A DNA stretch of 64,000 nucleotides, from positions 64,001 to 128,000 of the forward strand of contig CAWBKB010000004.1 in the NCBI GenBank assembly GCA_963789265.1, written 5' to 3'. The position numbers and the translations under genes are program-made. The first letter of the stretch is position 1, and every line of letters starts with the position of its first letter. Origin of the DNA: an uncultured delta proteobacterium (lineage in GTDB: Bacteria > Desulfobacterota > Desulfomonilia > Desulfomonilales > Desulfomonilaceae). The notes under the pieces are model-generated. The model did no database searches, was not told where the DNA came from, and saw only the letters and a program-made list of their open reading frames with translations. Below are positions 53,405 to 62,113 of this stretch, one piece after another.

Positions 53405-53429
53405 GGGAGGCCAGGGGTAGTGCTTTCTC

Positions 53430-53486
53430 AAAAAAAGAGCCCGACCTGCGGGTCGAGCTGGGAGACGCCGTTAGGCGGCCGGGCTC
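53430..53486 (-). terminator. Intrinsic terminator-like hairpin
   Basis: gagcccggcc...ggtcgggctc stem followed by a T run on the minus strand. Confidence 0.55.
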
Positions 53487-54123
53487 ACGAAAACAACGGT
53501 TGGTGAAAAGTGGGAATCGCCCTTGCCGATTGCCTAACAAGCTCCGTAGCTTGAATGTGTGGTCTTGACCATTTGGCAAATTCGAAGTGGACGATAGTGA
53601 GTCTTTTTCACCTACTGACAGAAATCCTGTAATTAGAAGATGAACTCCAATTTCATGAATCCGCTTTCCGATTTTTCCTTCAAAAGAAAGTGGGATTAGG
53701 GCTAAAGATTGCAATAAGGCAAATGGCCGGACATACGAATGGCGCATAAGGTATTCTTCTCAACATACCCTTCCTCTCAGCGCGAATTGTTGGAGACTTC
53801 TTTAAAGCCAACTCGGACTTATGTCAAGAAAAAAAATGACACATATACGAATAATTATGACAATAAATTAGAAATTGGTTCCTCAATTAATTAACGTATG
53901 GTTTCTTATTGTTACATAACTGATTGATAATAAGTGGTAAAAAGTGTCACAAAATAATCTAGCAGCCCTTCGGCCTTTCCCGCAGTTCTCCAAGGATATC
54001 GCTCCTACGGCCGCGGAGTGCCTGGAGAGTCAATTTTTTGTCTTGACAGAGGGGCAGACCTCGGTACACTTCACGTGCAATTGCCTGTGCGCCTATTAGT
54101 CCGTATGACAGAGGAGAAAGCAA

Positions 54124-54303
54124 ATGAGGAAAATCATATTGTTGGGAGCAATCGTTGCCTTGATTATTGCCGGGTCTCTCGCTGGGGCCAAGTCGCAGTT
54201 TATGGTAAAGTGCTGCGCGAATGGGAAGTGTCAAACCATGACGAGACCGGCCTGTCAGCAGCTAGGAGGACGTATAGTTGATAGCTGCGGGCAATGCAGG
54301 TAA
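54124..54303 (+). CDS. Secreted six-Cys peptide (59 aa; not in ORF track)
   Basis: GAGGAG RBS; MRKIILLGAIVALIIAGSLAGAKSQFMVKCCANGKCQTMTRPACQQLGGRIVDSCGQCR. Confidence 0.7.
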   Translation: MRKIILLGAIVALIIAGSLAGAKSQFMVKCCANGKCQTMTRPACQQLGGRIVDSCGQCR

Positions 54304-54384
54304 CACGTCAGCCAAAAAGAAAATCATCGGTGAAATTCAGATTGCAGCATGTCGGGATGCTTCGGGATTGCTCGTTGGCAAGTT

Positions 54385-56334
54385 CTAGAGTTCGATCTGC
54401 ATGCCCAGTTCGATGACGCGATCCGCGGGGAGCCCGTAGAAACTGACGGGCCAGGCGGCATTTCGAGCCAAGAACAGGAACAATTTCTCCCGCCAGAGGG
54501 TCATGATTGGCTCATCTTTCGGCGGTATTAAAATCCGGCCCCCCACATAGTAGGTTACCGAGTCCAGATTCACGTCCAATCCGTGCTCTCGGGCTCGTTC
54601 CAACTCTTCCGGGACTTCTGGGTTATTCATGAACCCGAAATGCAGAATTAGTCCATAGACGCCCATGCCGTACTCCTTCACCTCTGACCGATCCTTAATC
54701 CGTACCCGCGGAAAATCTTCAATGGTAATTGTAAGGAGGATGACCTGCTCGTGTAGCACTTTGTTAAGTTTTAGATGATGCAGCAGCATGGGTGGTGTAC
54801 CTTCACCGCTGGCGGACATGAATACGGCCGTACCGGGTACGCGCACCGGAGGATCTTCGCTGATAAGTTTAACGAAAGAATCCACGGGGATTATGTGCCT
54901 GTCAAGCCGTTGTTTCACGACATTTCGGCCGTGCTTCCACGTGGACATGACGATATAAACGACAGCACCCGCGAGCAGCGGAACCCATCCCCCCTCAACG
55001 ATCCTGAACATGTTCGAACTAAAAAAAGTAAGGTCTACCACCAGGAAGCCGGCAGTTACGGCTGAGGACGCAATCCAGTGCCAATGCCATAGTTCCCGAG
55101 TCACAAAGTAGGCAAGAATTGTCGTGATTACCATAGTAGTCGATACGGCTACTCCATAAGCGCCGGCTAGGTGGCTTGACGTTTGAAAGCCAAGTACCAG
55201 GGCTATAGTGGCAATCATCATCACCCAATTTATGCTCGAAACGTAGATTTGCCCGACCTTTTGAGCGGAGGTCTGCAAAACGCGCAGGCGAGGCAGTAAT
55301 CCAAGGAATGCCGCCTGACGACTCAAAGAAAAAACCCCTGAGATTACGGATTGGGAAGCAATGACAGTTGCCACGGCGGCAAGCACTACTAGAGGATACA
55401 GTGCCCAGCTTGGAGCCAGTTGATAAAAGGGATAAGTCGATTTTGCGCCGGTCAGCAACAGGGCTCCCTGGCCGAAGTAGTTCAGCACCAAAGCGGGCAA
55501 TACAACTGAAAACCAGGCTATTCGAATCGGCTTGGCGCTGAAATGTCCGACGTCTGCATAGAGCGCCTCTCCACCTGCTACCGAAAGGAAGACGGCTCCC
55601 AGCACCAGATATCCGGTGAATTGGTTTTTCACCAAAAAACGAATTGCGTGAACAGGCATCAACGCAGCAAGGACCTTAGGCTCGCTGATAATTCCAGAGA
55701 TTCCAAGGGCCGCACTTACGATGAACCACAGGAGCATTATGGGACCGAACACAGATCCTATGCTCGCCGTACCTTGTCTTTGAAAGACAAAAAGCAAGAT
55801 CAAGACAACTATGGTTATGGGAACAACATAGGGATCGAAAGCCGGGGCTGCCACCTTAAGGCCTTCTATTGCACTGAGTACCGAGATGGCCGGTGTAATG
55901 ATTCCGTCTCCGTAAAGTAATGCCGCGCCGAAGACGCCAAGCACAATCACCGTTGACCGAGTTTTCCGTTTGCGCCAAGGAGACAGAAGAGCCATCAGCG
56001 CGAGAATTCCCCCCTCTCCTCGGTTGTCCATGCGCATTACGTACATGATGTACTTGAGAGAGACGATAATAACGAGTGCCCAGAATATGAGCGAGAGCAC
56101 ACCGAGCACGTTGTCGGGTGAAGGAGAGACGGGATGTTTGCCGTCAAAACACTCGCGCAGAGCAAAGAGAGTATTTGTGCCGATATCGCCGTAGACGATG
56201 CCCAGGGCCGTTAAAGAAACTACGAGCACCCCCTTTTGTCGGCCCTCCGGGCGACGCGGTTCCTGTTCGCCATTGTCGCCTGCAAGTTTTTCCGGCTCTT
56301 CGTCTACAACTTGCTCTTTTTCTTCTTCCGCCAT
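54385..56334 (-). CDS. kup: KUP/HAK/KT potassium transporter
   Basis: GIVYGDIGT, DNRGEGGILAL, GDGIITPAISVLSAIEG, EALYAD.GHF, GQIY, AYGVAV. Confidence 0.96.
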   Translation of the reverse strand: MAEEEKEQVVDEEPEKLAGDNGEQEPRRPEGRQKGVLVVSLTALGIVYGDIGTNTLFALRECFDGKHPVSPSPDNVLGVLSLIFWALVIIVSLKYIMYVMRMDNRGEGGILALMALLSPWRKRKTRSTVIVLGVFGAALLYGDGIITPAISVLSAIEGLKVAAPAFDPYVVPITIVVLILLFVFQRQGTASIGSVFGPIMLLWFIVSAALGISGIISEPKVLAALMPVHAIRFLVKNQFTGYLVLGAVFLSVAGGEALYADVGHFSAKPIRIAWFSVVLPALVLNYFGQGALLLTGAKSTYPFYQLAPSWALYPLVVLAAVATVIASQSVISGVFSLSRQAAFLGLLPRLRVLQTSAQKVGQIYVSSINWVMMIATIALVLGFQTSSHLAGAYGVAVSTTMVITTILAYFVTRELWHWHWIASSAVTAGFLVVDLTFFSSNMFRIVEGGWVPLLAGAVVYIVMSTWKHGRNVVKQRLDRHIIPVDSFVKLISEDPPVRVPGTAVFMSASGEGTPPMLLHHLKLNKVLHEQVILLTITIEDFPRVRIKDRSEVKEYGMGVYGLILHFGFMNNPEVPEELERAREHGLDVNLDSVTYYVGGRILIPPKDEPIMTLWREKLFLFLARNAAWPVSFYGLPADRVIELGMQIEL

Positions 56335-56723
56335 CAGGAATTCCTTCCAGCGATACCAATTAATCCCGGAGTCCACGTAGGAGACGCTTTTCACAAAGGA
56401 ACTACGGGGCATGAAAATTATGTGTCGTCTCTAACAGCGCCTATAGCTCCGCGGACTCGCAGACAGGTCAACCTCGTTCCTTACAAAAGGCTCCATTGCC
56501 GGATGATGTGAATCCCAACAATGCACTTTGATTTCTAATTCTTCCAGTGTGGGGCGAGCAGCAAAGACCGCACAACGGTTGCCAGGTGTGGAATCCCATC
56601 AAGAACGTCGTGACATGGTTTATCACTTTTCGGAACTACTGTAAGTCAGCGATGCTTTAGCAATTAGCCGGGTCGATCAAACCAGGCGAATTCCCCGCCC
56701 CTACGCTTGAATTTGCGCAATTC

Positions 56724-56978
56724 TCAATCGACGATTTTAATATCCTGAGAAGATTCGACAAATGCCCTGAGAATCTGGCTATCCGACAACTGTTGACGCT
56801 CCTGGAGTTCTCCCTTGGATATTAACCCCGCTTGCACCAAGTAACCCAGGACTCGATCGAAGCCTTCGACCGTCAGACCATACTTCACACTCAACTCTAA
56901 ATCGGTCATGCCCGACCGAATGTCTTTTACGAATTCCTTACCCTTGATAGTTCGCGCATTCGGCTGGGTCTTTGGCAT
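56724..56978 (-). CDS. Small hypothetical protein
   Basis: AAAGGAG RBS; DIRSGMTD.EL..KYGL motif that I recall as recurrent in Desulfomonile proteins. Confidence 0.65.
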   Translation of the reverse strand: MPKTQPNARTIKGKEFVKDIRSGMTDLELSVKYGLTVEGFDRVLGYLVQAGLISKGELQERQQLSDSQILRAFVESSQDIKIVD

Positions 56979-57051
56979 AGTGCCGGACTCCTTTCATCCC
57001 TATTATAAGTCATGGAACAAAAGGATGCGGTCATCGGTCGGGTTCGTGAGC

Positions 57052-57369
57052 CTAAACCAGCCTGTATCCCGCCCCTTTCCAAGCTTCGACGCCGCCATTG
57101 AGAACCTTGGAGTTATTGTATCCCAATTGAATGTACTTGGCTGCCTGACCGACAGCCGCTCCGTCATCAGGTCAAGCGCAGTAAAATACAATTTCCTTGT
57201 CCTTGGACAAGTCAGTTAATCTGTCCCGAAAGGCACTCAGGTTGATAGCTCCCTCCAGACGCAGCCTCTCGCACCTTTCGTCATCAGCATAGGCGCACAC
57301 CAGGATAGCGTTGCCGGCATTCACTTCCTCATGAGCTTCTTCCGCATCGATGCGCTCGGGATTTGCCAT
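57052..57369 (-). CDS. Rhodanese-like selenoprotein (105 aa, Sec at codon 66)
   Basis: IVFYCA-TGA-PDDGAAVGQAAKYIQLGYNNSKVLNGGVEAWKGAGYRLV-stop in one frame completes the rhodanese fold. Confidence 0.85.
57139..57174 (-). promoter_or_regulatory. Bacterial SECIS element
   Basis: GGCUGUC-GGUCA-GGCAGCC hairpin; loop starts 21 nt after UGA and begins with G. Confidence 0.75.
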
Positions 57370-57453
57370 AATTAGTTCCCCCTTTTTCCAATATCTTATC
57401 CAATTCTCTCTTGATCACCCTATCTTGTCAATTGCTGGGTCGCGTCCTTAGTA

Positions 57454-57525
57454 CTAAGTGCTGCGTTGCGGAAATACGGTCGCGTGTTTGGGCGCCACTG
57501 CCGGCTTGCCCAGCCGTGGCAGCCG
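57454..57525. repeat. Degenerate copy of the 35747 palindromic element
   Basis: ctaagt...aaatacggtcgcgtgtttgggcgccactgccgg aligns with 35747-35797. Confidence 0.6.
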
Positions 57526-57617
57526 GCGCTTTAAGAAGGCAGCTCTCTCTTTGCGCGAGAATGGTTTTGTAGCACAACCGGCTCTGTGCTAAAATTTGGG
57601 AAAAAAGAGGTAATCAC

Positions 57618-57848
57618 GTGTCACATCGAGGAACAGAAATTCTAAGAGAGGCCCTATCTCTTCCTCCTGATGATCGGGCGGAAATAGCGGAGCGACTGCT
57701 GTCAAGTCTCGACCCCCCAGACCGACAGAATCTAGATGACCTGTGGGCAAGTGAAGCCGAAGACCGTCTTGACGCATACGAACGAGGTGAAATTAAAACC
57801 ATTGACGCCAAGCAGGTTTTTGATCAAATCGCTCCCAAGGCCAAATGA
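57618..57848 (+). CDS. Addiction-module antitoxin (TIGR02574-like)
   Basis: ALSLP..DRAEIAE.LL.SLD, W..EA..R..AY..G; overlaps the toxin start. Confidence 0.85.
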   Translation: MSHRGTEILREALSLPPDDRAEIAERLLSSLDPPDRQNLDDLWASEAEDRLDAYERGEIKTIDAKQVFDQIAPKAK

Positions 57849-58150
57849 ACGTCGAGTTTCTTGAACCCGCGTGGGCAGAGTTCATCGAGGCTGTGGAGTA
57901 TTATAATGGCCAAAAGGAAGGACTCGGCTTTGAATTTTCTGAAGAGATTTGGACTACAATCGAAAGGATTATCCAATATCCTGAAGCCTGGTCACTAATT
58001 TCCAAGAGAACTCGACGCTGCCGTACAAACCGTTTTGCCTACGGAATAATGTATCAAATCAGAGGTAAAACTCTCCTCATCATTGCCGTCATGCATCTTC
58101 GCCGCGAACCCCTATCTTGGAAAAGAAAAATTCCTAAGCGAAGCCAGTAG
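57845..58150 (+). CDS. RelE/ParE-family toxin
   Basis: A..E...AVEYY...GLG.EF, P.AW, RRC...RF.Y, IIAVMH.RR.P..W. Confidence 0.88.
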   Translation: MNVEFLEPAWAEFIEAVEYYNGQKEGLGFEFSEEIWTTIERIIQYPEAWSLISKRTRRCRTNRFAYGIMYQIRGKTLLIIAVMHLRREPLSWKRKIPKRSQ

Positions 58151-58338
58151 CTTTTCCTTCGTTCCACCTTGCTTATATACGTGACTCTGTCCTTCACGAT
58201 TGCCGTTGACCGAAGCTCCAAGCTGAAGTATCCTCGCAAGCCGGTAGGAATGCCGAAAAATCGATCACATCAACAGAGCATTGCATCCGTCGAAGGACCT
58301 GGAGAGAGGGGTCGTTCGCGGCCGTGACAGGAACCCGA

Positions 58339-60144
58339 ATGAGGCTGAAGCAAAGGCTGAAAGCTAAGCTGGACCAATTGATGCTATGGCGTGCAGTGCG
58401 ATTGGTATGGGAGAGCGCCCCGGGTTGGACTGCTCTCAATCTTGTCGCCATCTCGGTACAGGGCTTGCTTCCATTGGCAGCAGTGTACGTCATGAAGCTG
58501 GTTGTAGATGCGGTCACTGGGGCGATCGGACTTGGGACGGGTCAGGCGGACATGGGGCACATTCTCTTTCTGGTCTCGATTTCTGGTGCAATCATTCTGG
58601 TGCAATCCCTGGTAGCTTCCGCCGCTAATATTGTGAAGAGCATTCAGTCGCAGATGGTGACGGACAAGTTGGCCGTCATCATTCAGAGCAAGGCAGTCAA
58701 TGTCGATATGGAATGCTACGACGATCCCGACTATTATGACAAGCTGCACAGGGCCGAGGACGAGGTGGCCTTCCGTCCTAACAGGGTCGTGGACGGTCTG
58801 GTGGATCTCTTCAAGAACCTGATCTCGCTATTTGCGATGGCCGGGTTGCTATTTTCGTTTCATGCAGTCTTGGCCGCCGCGGTGCTGCTTGCATGCGTCC
58901 CTGACTTCCTCGTTCGCCTAAGATTCAGCGAGAAACTGTACAACTGGTTCTGTGACAATACTGCGCAAATACGGCTTGCGAACTTCCTGCATTGGATGCT
59001 CACCAAGCAGTTCCACGTCAAGGAAATGCGTATCTACGGTCTCGGGGCGACCCTGATGAATCGATTTGAGAAGATTCGCTCCGTCTTGCGGCAAGACAAA
59101 TTCAGACTTGTCGCTCGTTACGGCATTGGCGAAATGCTTGCCGGCATAGTGACCGTGGCCGCGTATCTGGCCGCGTACATCTTCATTGTCTACCGAACGG
59201 TTTCAGGGGCTATCACTTTGGGTGATATGGTCATGTATTACCAGGCATTTCAGCTTGCCCAGGAAAACTTCAAGAGCATGATGAGGAGCACTGCCCTACT
59301 TTTCGAAGATAGTCTGTTCATTGCAAGTCTCTATGATTTCCTGCACTGGGAAAACAGAATCAAAGAGCCCGCCCGCCCGAAAGCGCTCCCCAAAGACATT
59401 GTTTCAGGCATAGTCCTGGAGTCGGTCAGTTTTCGATACCCGGGCAGGAGCAACGATGTGCTGGAAGACGTGACCTTGAGCATGAAGCCTGGCCGGATTA
59501 CTGCTCTAGTCGGCGAAAACGGTTCGGGCAAGACCAGCCTGCTGAAGCTGTTGTGCCGGTTTTACGATCCCACAAGCGGCCGGATCGCCATAGACGGGCA
59601 GGATCTTAATTCGGTGAGCCGAGAAGACCTGTGGAGACGCATGGGAGTGATGTTTCAAGATTATGCAAAGTATCCGATGACTGCACGGGAGAATGTCTCT
59701 TTTGGCGCCTGCCACGCAGATGAAAGAATGGACCGTGTCGTCAAGGCGGCAAGCGAGGCGGCTGCCCATACCATGATTATGAATCTGCGGCACCAGTACG
59801 ACACGATGCTGAGCAACTATCTTGAAGGAGGACAGGAATTGAGCGAGGGCGAGTGGCAGAAAATGGCTCTCGCACGGGCGCTGTATAACCGCGGGCAAAT
59901 TCTGCTCCTGGATGAGCCGACTTCCTCCATGGACGCGATGTCCGAGCGTTATTTCCTTGAGCAGCTCAAAGCGCGATCTAACGGTCAAGTAGTGCTGCTC
60001 ATAAGTCACCATCTGCCGACGGTTAGCATGGCAGACTGGATATACGTTCTCGATCGAGGTCGTATTGTGGAAACGGGAACGTATGAGCAACTCTTGACCG
60101 TGCGGGGAAGTTTCTGGCGCCTATTCAAGGCCGGTGCCTCGTGA
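58339..60144 (+). CDS. ABC exporter, permease + ATPase
   Basis: TM domain, GENGSGKTS, FQDY, LSEGEWQK, LLDEPTS. Confidence 0.9.
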   Translation: MRLKQRLKAKLDQLMLWRAVRLVWESAPGWTALNLVAISVQGLLPLAAVYVMKLVVDAVTGAIGLGTGQADMGHILFLVSISGAIILVQSLVASAANIVKSIQSQMVTDKLAVIIQSKAVNVDMECYDDPDYYDKLHRAEDEVAFRPNRVVDGLVDLFKNLISLFAMAGLLFSFHAVLAAAVLLACVPDFLVRLRFSEKLYNWFCDNTAQIRLANFLHWMLTKQFHVKEMRIYGLGATLMNRFEKIRSVLRQDKFRLVARYGIGEMLAGIVTVAAYLAAYIFIVYRTVSGAITLGDMVMYYQAFQLAQENFKSMMRSTALLFEDSLFIASLYDFLHWENRIKEPARPKALPKDIVSGIVLESVSFRYPGRSNDVLEDVTLSMKPGRITALVGENGSGKTSLLKLLCRFYDPTSGRIAIDGQDLNSVSREDLWRRMGVMFQDYAKYPMTARENVSFGACHADERMDRVVKAASEAAAHTMIMNLRHQYDTMLSNYLEGGQELSEGEWQKMALARALYNRGQILLLDEPTSSMDAMSERYFLEQLKARSNGQVVLLISHHLPTVSMADWIYVLDRGRIVETGTYEQLLTVRGSFWRLFKAGAS

Positions 60145-60355
60145 TGACAAGGGATAGAAAGTTCCCGGTGTAAGTCAACGATTAGCCACGATATGACAAA
60201 TAGTTTGACAAACAGCCACTCCATGAGTATACCAAACACTTGACGTAAGATTCGACCTGTTCATCATCTAACCTTGCCAGCTTTAGTACTATCCTATATA
60301 TCGCGGAGGCCTGAGGTTTGTTACGACGGTGATCGCAAGTAGGTCGACACTCCCC

Positions 60356-62113
60356 ATGAAATCAGTCAAAGATCTCGACTTTTCACCGGCGGGGGAATAT
60401 TTCCCCTCTCCCTTGGACTGGCGGGATGTCATACTCTACAGCCTCCTGGTAGACAGGTTTGATGACGGCTCGTGCCCGTCTAATCACGAGGATACCGAGG
60501 CTCGAAGTGCTGAGAGGTCTAGAGGGAAGCGCAAAGTCTTTCAAGGCGGCAATCTCAAGGGAGTAATCCGTCGGCTGGATTACATTGCCGATTTAGGCGC
60601 CAACGGGATATGGCTTAGCCCTATTTTTAGGAATCGTCCCGAACGCGAGGATACTTATCACGGTTACGGTGTTCACAGCTTCCTGGAAGTGGATCCGCGA
60701 TTCGGTACAATGCAGGAACTTCGCGAACTCGTAACCAAGGCACATGCCCGCGGCATGTACGTGATTCTTGACATTATAGCCAATTATACGGGAGATAACT
60801 GGGCGTACGAAGGTGATCGATTCTGCGAGTATTCGCCTGAGGTTGCCGGACCGTATCCTTTCGGATTTTGGCGAACGCTGTCCGCGGGCAGGAATGGGTC
60901 AGGCAAGAATGGTTCGGGCAAGAATGGCTCGGGCAACAATGGTTCGTGCAATGATGCCGTGTGGCCGCAAGAGCTCCAACTGCAACAATATTACGTGAGA
61001 CGCGGAAAGATACGAGACTGGAAAGTGGAAGGTGCAGAGGCGACCGAGGGTGATTTTGACTCCTTGAAGAAGCTTGACATTCGACGGCGTGAAGTGCTGG
61101 ACATTCTTATACGGATTTACAAGTATTGGATACGCGGCGCGGATGTCGATGGATTTCGTCTCGATGCTACCAAACATATGGATCCGCTTTCCACAGCCCT
61201 CTTTTGTTCAGCGATTCGGGAATATGCCAAGACACTTGGGAAACACAATTTCTTGATTTTTGGTGAAATTGCCTCAGGGTATAAGACCATTGAGCAATAT
61301 CTCAAGGGCTGCGCTTGCTGCTCGGGAAACGGCCATCGACGTCATGGTGTTGACGCGGCGCTGGATTTTCCCTTGAGCTACATATTGGAGCGTGTGGTGA
61401 AGGGGTTCTCAAGTCCGGAAGAGCTCCGGTGGGTGTATAACGGGACCAATCCGCTGTACGCCAATGGACGAGATCCGGGTTTGAACTCTGTGACCTTTTT
61501 GGATAACCACGACCGGAATCAGCGCTTTATGCACAAAAATCCGTATCAACAGCAGTTGGTACTGGCGTTGGGGTATCTGTTGACCAGCCTTGGCGTTCCT
61601 TCCATCTATTACGGCACCGAGCAGGGATTTGACGGAGGGGGCCCCGATCTGCACTATGTGCGGGAGTGCATGTTCGGCGGCAATTGGGGAGCGTTCGGCC
61701 GGCGCGGACGGAGTTGCTTTGACACGAAACATCCTATTTACAAAAGTATAGCCGGCATTGCGGCCATTAGGCGGCAAGAGGCCGCACTTCGGTATGGCAG
61801 ACAGTATTTCCGGGAAACGAGCACGGACAGGGTACGCTTTGCTTATCCCGCGGACAGACACTGCACTTTGGCATACTCCCGAGTAATGGACGACACCGAG
61901 ATCCTCATCGCGCTAAACTTGGATTTCAATCCTCGAAATGACTTCGTCACCGTTGATTTCAATCTGCACGAGGATGGCGAATGGTTGGAGGATCTGCTAC
62001 AGCCGGGATTCCGGGCTCGGATCATCAAACGAAATGGGCGCAGCATGGTGCAAATAAGCCTGAAAGGCATGCAGATGGCTATCCTTAAGAAGAAAGATCA
62101 CTTTGCACTTTGA
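60356..62113 (+). CDS. GH13 alpha-amylase-family glycosidase
   Basis: FPSP.DWRD, GGNLKG, YHGY, DGFRLDA.KH, GEI, FLDNHD, IYYGTEQ. Confidence 0.92.
   Translation: MKSVKDLDFSPAGEYFPSPLDWRDVILYSLLVDRFDDGSCPSNHEDTEARSAERSRGKRKVFQGGNLKGVIRRLDYIADLGANGIWLSPIFRNRPEREDTYHGYGVHSFLEVDPRFGTMQELRELVTKAHARGMYVILDIIANYTGDNWAYEGDRFCEYSPEVAGPYPFGFWRTLSAGRNGSGKNGSGKNGSGNNGSCNDAVWPQELQLQQYYVRRGKIRDWKVEGAEATEGDFDSLKKLDIRRREVLDILIRIYKYWIRGADVDGFRLDATKHMDPLSTALFCSAIREYAKTLGKHNFLIFGEIASGYKTIEQYLKGCACCSGNGHRRHGVDAALDFPLSYILERVVKGFSSPEELRWVYNGTNPLYANGRDPGLNSVTFLDNHDRNQRFMHKNPYQQQLVLALGYLLTSLGVPSIYYGTEQGFDGGGPDLHYVRECMFGGNWGAFGRRGRSCFDTKHPIYKSIAGIAAIRRQEAALRYGRQYFRETSTDRVRFAYPADRHCTLAYSRVMDDTEILIALNLDFNPRNDFVTVDFNLHEDGEWLEDLLQPGFRARIIKRNGRSMVQISLKGMQMAILKKKDHFAL

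Noticed and set aside
56340..56700. c-di-AMP (ydaO) riboswitch upstream of kup
   Set aside because: The conserved motifs were not found by eye; an Rfam scan would settle it.
58150..60330. Lasso or other RiPP cluster around the ABC exporter
   Set aside because: No precursor, cyclase or peptidase gene in the flanks.
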